A program made the translations under genes and the position numbers. A stretch of 64,000 bases of DNA from NCBI GenBank assembly GCA_026770705.1, contig JANJGN010000052.1, positions 1,612,001 to 1,676,000 of the forward strand, read 5' to 3'. The notes beneath the pieces were generated by a model that was not told the DNA's origin, did not search any database, and worked only from the letters and a program-made list of their open reading frames with translations. Origin of the DNA: Isurus oxyrinchus. Lineage: Eukaryota. Below, piece by piece: positions 63,351 to 64,000 of this stretch (position 1 is the first letter of the stretch; every line of letters begins with the position of its first letter).

Positions 63351-63631
63351 GTTCCACAGTGATGGTTATGAACCCCTCCACTGCTCCATGTTCATTCTCT
63401 GCCACACACTGATAGTCTCCAGTGTCCCTGGATGTAACGTGAGGAAACACCAACCACAGCTCATTGTTGGAACTTGTTCTGTTCATTGGGACATTAAGAT
63501 GTCGCCACGTCAGGTTAGAAGCTGGGAAGCTCTCGACAGAGCAGATTATCACTGCAGAATTCCCCTCAATTATATTGATCGATGAAGCGTTAATCATATC
63601 AAGAGAATTAATTGAGAGATTCTGGGTGCGT
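63351..63631 (-). pseudogene. Gene D C2 exon with a 1-nt deletion near its 5' end
   Basis: 281 nt versus 282; ag|ACGCACC-CAGAAT versus ag|ATGCACCACAGAAT. Confidence 0.7.
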
Positions 63632-64000
63632 CTAAAAGAAATAAAGATTTTAATGTGAGCAAGCGTAGTGCACAGCAAGACTCCATGCATCATCTCTCTG
63701 TATCTGATGTTGGAATGCTTTTCCAGGTACCTTCCCTCATGAAAAATTACTGTCATATTTATAATGGACACTTCCTATGTAAACTGTCACACTGCAGTTG
63801 CTTCCTCCCACCAGTAGAGTTGCTAACCCTCTAGAATGAAAGAAACATCCTTTAACACTCTCAAGATGTCCCCAAGGGCTTGATAGGCAATGAATTGTAT
63901 TTGATCGATGGAGCACTGAGGGCTAAATCTACATTTCTCTGTTCAGGAGGTTGCTCATCCAATTCAGGGTCTTGCTGATCTGGAGTTTACCTTCCTTCAG

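Noticed and set aside
1897-63631. Assigning specific symbols (CD22, MAG, SIGLEC1, SIGLEC15, CD33)
   Set aside because: Family membership is clear, but orthology needs a phylogeny; these look lineage-specific.

Overview
Eukaryotic genomic DNA with seven assembly N-gaps. The repeats (CR1-type LINEs, Deu-domain and tRNA-head SINEs, Penelope-like ends) suggest a cartilaginous fish; this is inference. The window holds a cluster of Siglec-like (CD33/CD22/MAG family) Ig-superfamily receptor genes, reconstructed by reading splice sites and phases by hand. Gene A (minus, ~12.9 to 1.9 kb): leader-V-V-C2-C2-C2-TM with an uncharged TM and no tail exons in the window. Gene B (plus, 21.4-31.5 kb), head-to-head with A and largely an inverted duplicate of it: leader-V-V-C2-(dead C2)-TM, with an Arg inside the TM and a short Tyr-free tail (activating type). 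Gene D (minus, enters from the right edge): C2-C2-TM-tail with ITIM LLYANI and ITSM TEYAQI (inhibitory type). Gene E (minus, 45-51 kb): a divergent leader plus V exon cut by a Gypsy fragment. Orphan, partly inactivated tail exons lie between A and B, and a fifth promoter/first exon is at ~1.1 kb. Together these look like a paired activating/inhibitory Siglec-like system with tandem V domains, gene-conversion signatures and inversions. The rest is LINE/SINE/LTR debris, minisatellites and a few possible fragments of unrelated genes.
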